Below are positions 53,801-64,000 of a stretch of DNA of 64,000 bases, piece after piece. The position numbers and the translations under genes are program-made. The stretch spans positions 62,001 to 126,000 of the forward strand of contig FLMG01002763.1 in assembly GCA_900088475.1 (NCBI GenBank), in the 5' to 3' direction. The notes beneath the pieces are model-generated. The model worked only from the letters and a program-made list of their open reading frames with translations. It had not been told where the DNA came from and did no database searches. Origin of the DNA: Hyphochytrium catenoides. Taxonomy: Eukaryota; Protista; Hyphochytriomycota. Each line of letters opens with the position of its first letter. Within the stretch, counting starts at the first letter, position 1.

Positions 53801-56800
53801 ACCGGCAGGTCCAAGCACCAAACAGGTGCTGATAGAGCTAGGGGACAGGCTCTGGAACGAAAGAGGAAAGATAGGAGCTGCACACTTTTGCTATCTAGTC
53901 AGCGGCATGACTCTAGAGCCCCCCTCTCCAAGTTCCCGACTTGTTCTTATTGGAGGTGACCACCGCTCGCCTGGAAGCCGAGGAGGGAGGTCGTCCCTTC
54001 TATCTCCTTCAGCGATACAGAGGACAGAGATTTATGAATGGGTGCTAAAGCAGTCAAACACTCAGGCGAACTTACTCTCATTCCAGGGCTACAAATTGCT
54101 GCATGCCATGCAGGTAGGAAGGCATCTAGGTCTAGCGATAAGGTTCCTATAGGGAAGGTGAAGGAAGGTGAAGGACGGTCCAGGTCGACTTGGGTGCTCG
54201 TCGAAGACGAACCAAGAAAAGAAAGGGGCTGTGGATATTGAGACGGTAGAGTGATAGCAAAAATAGCAACCGATGCTATTAGGGGGGGATTGTGGTATGC
54301 AATTTATGGCATGCGTGACTTCGGGATGGTCCTCGTCACAAGAAAAGGACACGACAGACGCAAAGAGATGTAAACAATGGAATAGCCGAATCTCACCGAA
54401 GAGATCATCATATATCTGCACATTTCTGACGCTGTGCCTTTAATATCTTCTCCTAGCTGGCCGACTATGGGGATTGTGACCGTGCTCTCCAATATGTCGT
54501 CGCCATAGATGGTATATGCAAAGCTGCAGCAAGTGCAGGAGCTAGGGATCCCGTAAGCGGCCACTCTTCTCTTTCACCTCCATTGTTTGCAGCGTTTGAG
54601 TTCAATTTATCAACTTCTTGCTGCTACGCTCTGGCTTCAACTTTTATCCTTCCGCAGTTCTACTTCCACCTGGGGTTCTCTACTTGATGAATTCGTTCAG
54701 GAGTAGACCTCTAATGATAAAACTCCATTTTCCGGCGTCATCGCTCTTCCCTTCCCTATAGCAAGCCGCCGCCTATGCGGAGAACATCCTGGCACAGCTT
54801 GCGATTCTCGAGGATAGGTTAAGAGCGCATATGGGAGAAGCGAAAGCAGAAGAGGCAGCCAACAAAAGTACGTCAATCGGTACCACACGTAGCTTGGGGC
54901 TCCAAGCGGTTGCTGCTTCTCTTCTATTGCGCCTATCGTGAGAATCTGCAAGGACATTACTGCTCTACCGACCCTTTCCTCTCGCACTCCAATCGAGAGT
55001 GTCGCTAGGCGACCCGAGCATCATCCACTCCAGTGCTCTTGGCTGAGTTATTATTATCTCCTGCGGACTTTGGGAGGTAGAACCTTCCGTTTTAACCTGC
55101 TTCTTTCAGGTCAAGGAACAGGGCTCTTGAAGCGCATCTTCTCTGGTGTAGATAAGGTGATTGAACGTCTAGCAGATGACTCTCCAAAGAATGCAAAGAA
55201 GACCGTGGGGGCTCCTCCATCAGCTTCTTCGTCTTTCTATGGGTCAACAGCTCTAAGACCATCCGCTCCGGCTTCAGTGACCCCTCCCGCCGGACCTGCA
55301 GCTTGGGTGAGTGGACAAGCAACCAGACAATAGAGAAGAGAGTACAGAAGAGGCACAAAGGAAAGAGGTCAAAGGGCGAAGCATATGTTTAAGAACCTTA
55401 ACAGCATGGGTGTTGATACGTCCTATATAGTAGAAAAGGGATATGGGCATCACAGAAGCCTAACTCTCGCTTTACGCTCTTACGTCTTCTACTGTTAGGA
55501 ACAACCTGCTGCAACACAAGCTGTTGCAGAGCTTCCACCACCTTTGCAGATGTCACTATCAGCCCGAATCCCGGTAAGCCCGTTACATTGTGTTAGGGTG
55601 GTAAAAGTGCAGGAGGAAATAGATGCTGGATACCTCTAAAAAGATGGCTAACGATCCGGTGCATAAAGGAGAAGGATTAGAAAGGGTTGAAGTATACCAA
55701 TCTCTTTCGCTAGCGAGAGACAAAGACCACCTGCCTGGCATTGTTAGGATGACTTCGCACTAACTCACTGCAATTCTAGCCTGTGGTGGATGATAAACCC
55801 ACTCCACCCAAGCGGACCAATTCCTCTCCAAACCTTGCTCAGGGTCAGTCAAGGGACAAGACGGGAGGACAGAAGGGGCCGTCCTCTTCTCCCACTCAGC
55901 CTCGTCCCTCCTCTCAAAATGATGAGACATCAAGCGTCTCATCAGAGGGTTCGAGGAGCAAGACGCCTCCTCGAGATGCACAGAAGAAGAAGGGAGGAGG
56001 TTGGAGCATCACGGGGTGGCTAGCAGAGAAAGTCATACAGTCTCAGAATCCCGATGCCAAGGTAGACGCTGAAGAGTATGCTATTCTTTCTGCTTCTGTT
56101 TCAGCGCGATCAACCCCGTGGGGGGCAGTCGGTCCTTTTTCTCCTAGCGCTTGTAACTTTTTCTCTTCGCTTTTCCTTCGGCCGGCACGTCTTTGCGTGA
56201 CTCTGTGTCCATCTTGCTCTTTAGACTGATGACCTCGCTTCCCTATCCCCTGCACTTCCCCCTTTCCGCTGTGCGTTCCCTCTCCATCTTCGTATTACTG
56301 TCTTGTCAAGGTTGCCAAGCTGGGTAAGGAAATGGAGGCTTACTACGACGAAGTTGCAAAGCGATGGGTCTTTCCGGGAGAAGAGGCATCTTCCACGCCG
56401 CCTCCGCCGTCTGCTCCCCCTACAGCCGCAGAGTTGGCTAAGCAAGCTGCACCATCCTCTTCCACACCTCCTAAAGAAGGGGGGCCTCCAACCCCCTCTG
56501 AACCTAAAACTGCTGACCCTCTGGCCGCTTTGATGGCTCCACCGCCTGTAAGGCTCCCGGGCGCAGGAGGAGCGGCCAACCCACTAGCATCTATGATGGC
56601 ACCACCTTCACGGACCCCTGTTATGTACGCCGGTGGTAAGAACACTCTATTTGTCGCCGGCGCTAGGAGATCTTGTTAGACGAGGACACATGCTGACTCT
56701 CGATGTGTGTTCCATCACCCGCATCCGCCTGCATTGAAAGCAGTACACACCCAGGCACTTGTTTCTAACTCCACGTTCATTATACATAGGTCGCGGCCGG

Positions 56801-56941
56801 CGAGGTGGACCCCGCCCTCCTCCTCGCGGGTTCGCGGTGTTCAAGCCCCAAGCTCCGCAACAGCAGCAGTCAGAGGGCGGACAACCTTCACCCCAATCTG
56901 CTCCTGCCACTGCAGGCGAAGATTCTGCTCCTCCATCATAG
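44866..56941 (+). CDS. SEC16: COPII scaffold protein Sec16 (multi-exon, long low-complexity N-terminus; possible extra 5' exons from ~43844)
   Basis: Central conserved domain: PPSAIVSFGFGGNLVVM, FPGPLVSG, LLWSAVRLLIKHNG, GDREAAVTAALLGELWEMAFLIA, GDPLATVF, WQENVGMLIAN, LGDRLW..GKIGAAHFCYLV, RLVLIGGDH, IQRTEIYEW, FQGYKLLHAMQ|LADYG. C-terminal AKLGKEMEAYYDEVAKRWVFPG motif. A ~3.2-kb S/P-rich exon spans ~45085-48258. Confidence 0.92.
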
Positions 56942-57500
56942 GGACCTGTCCTTAGGCGGAAGCCACATCTACTTACCACCGACGTAGCCCCTCGCTAAGC
57001 ACTCTGTTAAAGGGTAATTGATGATGTGAGCCCCCAGTTATTCTGCTTCTTACCAGAATTTAAGATAAAATGAGAGCCCAAAGCGTTCAATGCGTTTAGC
57101 TTTATAAAAGTGCTCTCCAAACATGCAGATAGAGTTCATTAGACAGTGTATACAAATCATGGCTGATTCCAACTAAAGCTAAGCCAACATGCAAAATTGA
57201 ATGTTATTGAGCGTTATGAAAGCAGTCTGTGAAGCATTTGAAGTAGAAGGACCGCATGCCTCGCTCTTCTCGTCTCCATAACGACTTGGATTCTGATCCA
57301 TAACACGGTTAGTAGGTCCCATTGCCGCAATTTAAGCGGCACCGCCTTCTCAGGATGGTTTTGAAGCAACTTAAGCGGCACCTAAGCCTTCTTAGTGCGT
57401 TGTCAATCTCTATTCCCTCACATTAGAGATGCCCACCACAGCTCTTCCTCATCTGCGCCACGCTCTCTGGACTAATCGGCCCCCACCTACACTACCATTC

Positions 57501-59412
57501 CTACATAAGCTCGATGCCTGCCACTTCCCTCAAGTTCTCAGCTGCTGCTTGGAACCTAGACAAAAGCAGTTGCAGGTCCTAAGCCAACAAGGCGGATGAA
57601 GACAATTGAGTCAACCTTTACCTCTGTGCTTGAGCCCTCTGGAGCTGTTCAACCTCGACTTTGAAGTGCGGATCGGAGGAATATTGCATTACGGCCTTCT
57701 GAAGCTCATCTTGGGTTACATTGTTTCTATCACAAACATCCGCCGACAGTCGGTCGACCCGCTTCACGTATCTAGGGGAACATTAGCCAAAAAAATGAGG
57801 AACAGTGAGCAAAGTAGCTCTGGAACCTGCAAAGAGGTGGTACAAATAGGGTACGAACCCCGTGAAGGGAAGAGAAATGTGCCAGACGAATGGAACTCCA
57901 CTCGTATATATAAAACGAGCAAGTAATGATGAAAGGCTCAACTCCTCGAAGGAGAAGGATGACTCTTGCCCCTATGAACCCATCAAGGAGATAAACACCA
58001 AGATGGTAGAGGGTTCCAGAACGGAACCCTGAACTAATGACAAGGGGCTGCGTGTGAGGCCGAGATAACACTGGAGAATGCTCCCTGACAGAAAAAAAAA
58101 ACATTCAAAGGGACAAGAAACGCACGAAGAGGAGGCACAGACGGTGCGAGAGTCTTTTCATGGGTAGCAGCCGCAGGGTCAGAAGACTCAACAGTCCGAT
58201 AGTGTGCAAAGGCGAATGAGGAGGCGGACCCTTTACCTCTCATGAAACACAACTTGGAGGGCCTCGTGGTCGAGGCCGGTCTCCTCCTGGATCTCCTCAC
58301 AAACCTGGTCCATAACTGCAGACATCCCCTCCAGGGTATCTTTTAAGATAGAAAGAACCTGCCATGCTAGTTTAGATGCCTTTGCCCTATGTAAAGCAAT
58401 CTGTCCATTTGCACCAACCTTGTCAATTGTCAGATGGGAAGGAACATGCACGTCATCTAGGGGGCTCTCTGATTCCTTTCTGCAAGACAGGAATGAAGGT
58501 TAGAAATCTCATGCAGAGATGACGGCGGCTACAGTGGACCGTCTACATGAGAAGGCAGAGACCTCAATGACGTACTCCTTCGGCTACCGAAGTGGTTATA
58601 TTCCAATTGGAAGCGGTGCCAGGCAGACACTGATAGTGCGATAGGAGAACCGTGATGGGAGATAACTCACCCGCTTATCATGGCAAAGCAGCTTTTGATT
58701 TTTCTAACAGCCTGTTTGACATCTGGGTCGTCCATGTAATACTCTTGCGCCTCCTTCACCTGATCTTCTGTGACACCTACATCACGGTAGATCTGACCAG
58801 CACTTTAGGGTCAATGAATAAGAAGATCCCCTAACGGAACATTCGGAAAAGTAGGATGGAGCAGCAGATTTCGAGGGACGAAGGAAAAGAAAAGCCTTAC
58901 CTGAGCCTCGACTTTTGTCATATTCTGTTCAAATTGAGCCATCAAGAAGGCCGCAAGCTCTTGTTCGGTGTCTTGTCGTCCGGTGCGTGCCATTTCACCT
59001 CTCAAACTCGCCTCGAGTTTAGCTAATTGGACCTGCACAAGGAATAGTGAACAGAGGCGTATTGGTATCGCAGACAGATAGAAGAGTGGGCCAAGTCAAT
59101 CACACCGCCACATTACAAGCACATAAGATACTAAGACAGGTAGGTAGGCTTACCATTAAATGGTTCATTTGAACCGCCAGCACATTCAAGATACTAATCA
59201 GTTTCGGCTTTTTTACAAATGGCTCCGGTGCTTTGTCTTCGGAGTTCTATACGGTCATCAGGCGTCAAGCATCATCCAAAACTCATCATGGGGCTCACTC
59301 TTACCTTCATACCCGGCTTTGAGCTCCAGGCCATCGCAACTCCCACGGTGAGGAGCGCCACGCCCAAGACGGCGATCTGCCAAAAATCGTTCATGGCCTT
59401 CGTGTTCACCAT
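57501..59412 (-). CDS. Uncharacterised protein with an N-terminal membrane anchor and two tandem homologous helical domains (8 exons)
   Basis: MVNTKAMNDFWQIAVLGVALLTVGVAMAW (hydrophobic). Exons join in phase by GT-AG introns to ...REVAGIELM-TAG. Repeats are VGVTEDQVKEAQEYYMDDPDVK and NNVTQDELQKAVMQYSSDPHFK. Confidence 0.8.
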
Positions 59413-60737
59413 TGTTCCACTCTTTCTTTGGCAGGCCCGGTAACAATCTTCCTCTTTGACTGGCTCCGGAAGCTTAACCTTTGCTTCGAGCTGCCCAGAG
59501 CATCTACCAAAGAAGATTTCAATGGAGTTTTTGCTGGTGTGAAAGGCAAACCTTCCGATCGGAATCGAACACCAGAGAGAAATGGAGCAAGACGAAAGAA
59601 AACACAGGCGGCGAGACAGAGTTTGCAAGCAAGACAGAAAAGCAGGGCGATAGCGCTATCAGATGGAGAGAAATACTCAGAACAGCCCGCCCGCGAAAAA
59701 GAGCGATGTTGGAAATGTTGAAAAGGCCAAGAAAATTGAGTGGTTCCGATTGTCACAGAGACAGCAATACTGTAGCGTTCGAAGAAATATGTGCGGACAA
59801 TGTGCGCTTCAGCAGCAACAGTGTTTCCTAAAAAAAGCCTTGAACTTCAGCACCCCACACAAGCTTCTGAAGCACTGAAGCGGGCATTTGTTTCTTTCCA
59901 TCGAAACGTTTCAAGGGAAAGGAAATAAACATGGACACCCCTTGCGTGTAAAAAGAGAAATGAAGCTTTCACTGGATACTTTGCTCTGACTTGTGCTCTT
60001 TGAAGCCAGGAACGTGCGCCAAGCCTCCCTAGCCTATCAGCCCAAGCTTTGGGGTGGTGGTTGTAGTTTTGTGCGTGCACCCTCATCAGCCCCAGGTACT
60101 GGGCGCTAAAGGTGCCCACTACCGCTTAGCTTTTTCACCTTCTGAGTGAGATGAAGACACTACTTCTGTATTTTACACCTTGACGACACACTGCCCATTT
60201 ACCGCACACAGGTGTGTTGCTCCTTCCCCCAGTATCCGGGTTATTTTACTGGTACTGTATTCTGAGATGAAGGTGAATTAGTGGGGTGGAGGAGCGCTTG
60301 AGCGTGCGCGAATTATCTAAGCGGTGCTGGAGCACCGCACCTTTTCTTTATTACTGAGTACCTACTGAGCTGATCTGGTCGATAACTACCTGTTTCCTCC
60401 CAAAGACCAGCCACAGCCAATATTGCTCCAATTAACCTGAAATTTGGCAGAGCTTCCTCTTTTTGTCCCTCTTGAAGACTCTTCCTCGCACAATCTTCGA
60501 GTTGATAGTGGTTGCCGAGATCTCGCCAAAATAAGTTACATGACTAAGATACGAAGCTTTCCTACCAAAACTATGACATTTTGCAACTACAGAATGATTC
60601 CTCATCTCCAGATCTCTTACCCTGAAAATCGAGCTCAAAAGCTCAATTACCCGATGGGACAGAGACTTTCAAAGTCCCCTCAAAGTCCCCAAACAGCTAA
60701 CTTTCCTTACCCTGCGTTATCAGCATAAGGGACAGGT

Positions 60738-61430
60738 GGCACCATGATGAGTGCTAAGGTAAGGGGTGTGAAGCTCTAAGTATGAGTGGCAAGTGGATGG
60801 GGAAGCAAGAAAGCACAAGAAAGGGGATGGAGCGGAGTCATGTTATCTGCCTTTGTTGACGAAGAGCGCGGGTTCGTGTTCCGCCTGGCTGACCAAGAGA
60901 TCGAGACCATAAACGCTCATCCACCTCGCACAAAGAGGCTGCACCCCTTGGCGCGGAAAGGTCCTGGTGGTCCCAATCCAACCGGAAGCCCAGGCTTGGT
61001 GTTCTTTAACTATAAAAGTCTGAGAATCGCGAGGGCTTCTGGAACTGTGACCTCATGCTTCTGCAACTTGAAGAGCTTATGGACTGCTTCGAAATTCGCG
61101 AGCCCTGCCGACAACTCTTGATGGAGGTGGACTGGAGCAGCAGTCATGCCAAAATGGAAGAGATTAGGCTCAAAGCTTCCAAGATGANNNNNNNNNNNNN
61201 NNNNNNNNGAATGCCTAGGAGAAGGGGCGCTGCTTCAACCCAATGACCTGCAATCCATGGTCTTTGAGGAGGGTCAACCAACCAGGGCCATTCTATGACT
61301 CTAAGGCGCAAGCCAAGGACCATTTTGGAGCTCCCATCCTAACAAAAAGAAGCAATACTACTCTACTAAGAAGAAAAAGGTCTGGCTTGAAATTTGTGGA
61401 GAGCTTAGCGACGAACAATGAGGCAGAAGT
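60738..61430 (+). mobile_element. Decayed DDE transposase (IS630-Tc1-mariner-related type found in fungi and protists), frameshifted
   Basis: Joining across frameshifts gives HDEC*...W..DGE..KHKKGDG.GVMLSAFVDEERG...PGLVFFNY..NREGFWNCDLMLLQLEELMDCFEIREPCRQLLMEVDWSSSHAKM....KASKM [N gap] CLG...LQPNDLQSMVFEEG..GPFY. This matches the HDE / G.MVS.F / N.EG.W / FD.SS.H motif series from my recollection of the family; no database search was run. Confidence 0.72.
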
Positions 61431-61715
61431 TCGGAAAGAAAAAGACAATGATGACGAGGGGGCAGCAATGGGCTGCATCATGGGGCAAGAACTTCTGCAT
61501 TTTTGTTAGCTAAGCTCTCCTCAATTTTCAAGCGCCAGACCTTTTTCTTCTTAGTAGAGTGTGTACCAGCCAAGTCTAGGAGTCTAGGGCTATTCTGAAG
61601 TTCTGGTAATTTGGTGGCTCAGCAGGCTATTCAATACCACCCAGTATTGCTGCTTTTGTTTTTTAGGATGGAGCTCCAAAAAATGGTCCTTGGCTTGCGC
61701 CTTAGAGTCATAGAA
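61291..61715. repeat. Inverted duplication (fold-back) of ~140 bp of the transposase remnant
   Basis: 61360-61432 pairs with 61489-61560 and 61291-61359 pairs with 61643-61715. An 82-nt unpaired insert lies at 61561-61642. Confidence 0.92.
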
Positions 61716-62749
61716 AAAGACAACGATGCTGATCTGGCCAACAAGACCTGGACATTCCTTACAACACTGTTTTCCAATCTATTTCAGTCTATTCGGCATG
61801 TAGCTCTTCTTTCATACTTTGATTATGGCTAGTAGGTAGCCTCCTCCTCCCCACCAGAGAGAATGGATGTCGGAGCTCTACAAGGCAGGACGAAAGAAAA
61901 CACGGGCGTCTAAGTAAATCTTAGTAGCCACGGAAGATCCGGCTGCGATAAAGGAACAGCCTCGTTGTGTCTGCAACGAGGGGGAAAATAGTTCTCTTAA
62001 CTACTAGTGAAGGTAAGCTTGAGGAAGATGAGTGAGTTCAAGCAACTTTTGCATACGTCCATCATAGCTTGAGAAAAGGAGAGATGATCAGCAGCAGCCC
62101 CAGATGTATGGCTCTCCATCCCTTAATGGTAATAAGCTCTATAAACAGAAAGAGCTGCGATCTGTGTTACCAGTAGAAGGAGGAGCTGCGAGGGAATCTG
62201 TCTGGTAATAAGTTTGGCAAGTGACTCGATTCTCTGAGTATTCCTCTAGGAAAAGAATCTTGAACGGGTGAATGGAACGGATAAACTGAAGCGCCCACTT
62301 GCGCTGGTTAGCATAAAATGTAGATCTGACGGGAGATAAAAACGAGGTCGATCAATATGTATATGATCATGAGGTAAGTCATGAGAGTGGCACATCTTAC
62401 CAACAAGTATTAATCATGAAGCTCGATGCACGTGCCGACCAGCTGACAACGGTGTATGAGCCGTGTGCTGCCATCTCTCAGCTGTATTATTCGCTCCTCT
62501 ATTTTCTGACAACGCAATGACTCTGGCCTGAGCCCTATTATCCAATTTTCCCGAGTCTCCTCTCTCGCCGACGACAAGAAACTCCCCACGCAATGAGTTC
62601 TCCTATAGTCACAGGATGTGGGGCTTGTTGTCACCCAAAGATCCAGATTTTTCCTTTTCACCCTTAACCATAACGTGACAGTTCTCCGCCGCTATGGGTG
62701 ATTCACTTGTCTCACCAAATGAGTCAGCTCGGGGGCCTCCTTGCTCAAC

Positions 62750-63870
62750 AGCTATATTAATAATTGCAGCAGCTCTGCGATCGACGTCAAAGTGGCTGCT
62801 GGCGAGGGGTTTTGACTGGCGGGGTTTTTTGATGTCCTCTTAGATGAGTTTCTTGAAAGCTGCCAAGACTCTTTCATACCACTTTCCCCGTTCACACAAG
62901 AACCTTTTCTGAGACTTTTGTTAGAGAATGCCACAATCACCAGCAACGCTGTACCGGGGGCATGGTAGCCTTCAAAGCAGCGGCATTCCTGAATCACCAT
63001 ATATATTAATGGTCGTCTGGAATGATGATACCAAAGAAGGTATCTCGTAAATTGGACAAAAGACCAGAGAAGGATTCCTTTTTGTCCTATCGGACAAGAG
63101 AAGACATTGCGCAAGCGCCCTTCACTGCTCCCGCGGAGGCTCACAAACTGTGACGTCTAACCTCACTCTTTCCCTCAGTCTCGATTATGAAGAATCAGCT
63201 ATTACTGGAAAGATCAACTAAGTTTTTCTTTTTATAACTTTCAAGGATTGTCCTCATTACTGCTCAGGCTGCAGGCGGCGATGATGTGACTTTTCTCCCT
63301 TGCGCTTCATACAACATCAGTTCCAATGATGTTTCCAATGCTTCTTGCTCCTCTGTGATTGCGTGAACTAACACCTTCTCCGCCTATCCACGATGAGGAT
63401 AGCCCAAGCCATATGGTAGCATAACTCTTCGTGCAACGACGTCTAGGCTAGACAGGGACCAATCGAGAGCACAGACTGGCACATACGAAGCCGATCAGCG
63501 ACCCAAAGTACAAACTGCCCAAACGCTACATTTCTTCTTGGTGGTTCCAGCCATTCACGCTTGAGGCTTTCAGAGCGACGAGCACTGGTGAGGACGATAA
63601 GAATGAGGCAATTTTTCTTGCAGACTTCAGAACAATCGAATTACTTTCGTTCAAGAGATCTCCTAGGCAGTAGGAGACATCTACGTGGAGCTACCGAGCG
63701 ATGAAGCACTGGAGCATTTTGAAAGAAGAGATCTTATAGGTAGACGAGGACATCTACGTGGGAGTCACTGAAGGATGGAGCACTAAAGTCACTCATAAAG
63801 AGAGTGGACTTATAAAAAAGTGGACGGCTTATCGGGACGAGTCCGACGGTGGCTTGGCCCTCCTTGGCTG
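62750..63870 (+). mobile_element. Probable highly decayed Ty1/Copia pol relic (integrase core/C-terminus and RT fragment)
   Basis: Broken frames give LDEFLES...SPFTQE..LRLLLENA....VPGAW, AFKAAAFLNH, IPKKVSRKLDKRPEKDSFLSY (cf. Copia IPKEKR.KLD.RA....FLGY) and GDIYVELP / DEDIYVGVTEG (cf. EEIYM.QPEG), in Copia order (IN before RT). Confidence 0.4.
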
Positions 63871-64000
63871 ACGCCGAGCTAGCAGCACTTAGTAGAGAAG
63901 CCTGCCTAGTATCCTCGTCTCTTTTTCAGAAGGAGGTGGACCCCAACTGCTAGCAACGCCGTGGCGCCAGCTGCCAATCCTAAGCCCACAGCGCCGTCTA

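Noticed and set aside
57332-57392. ttaagcggcacc direct repeat in the SEC16/orphan convergent gap
   Set aside because: Only 12 bp in two copies, with no further structure.
60321-60338. Perfect 8-bp inverted repeat gcggtgct-gg-agcaccgc
   Set aside because: Too short and isolated to distinguish from chance.

Overview
Eukaryotic, intron-rich nuclear DNA using the standard code (TAA, TAG and TGA are all used as stops), with five short N gaps. Gene content and style (RPL21 ending -PFVDLV, myosin with an ankyrin+FYVE tail, CT-rich introns) suggest a protist, probably a stramenopile/SAR lineage; this is inference. Ten spliced gene models were reconstructed by hand: FIP1(-), RPL21(+), DPH6 long form with RidA domains(+), myosin-IQ-ankyrin-FYVE(+), NSUN2/TRM4(-), PMCA-type Ca2+-ATPase(+), RCC1-repeat + TBC1D12/14-type RabGAP(-), a PX + helical (BAR-like) protein(-) that abuts or is fused to the RCC1-TBC gene, SEC16(+), and a membrane-anchored protein with an internal duplicated domain(-). 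The last ~3.5 kb is decayed mobile DNA: a DDE transposase remnant folded into an inverted duplication, plus a probable Ty1/Copia relic. The most notable observations are: (1) a possible PX-BAR-RCC1-TBC fusion, or near-zero intergenic spacing between the two genes; (2) frame-preserving tandem duplications lying over the stop codons of two genes; (3) non-GT donor candidates (one firm GC-AG, two GCAGGT dual donors, one GG-AG or exonised intron); (4) a fold-back transposase remnant; (5) hints of a CA>TA mutational bias. No prokaryote-type system (CRISPR, operon, RT cassette) is supported.
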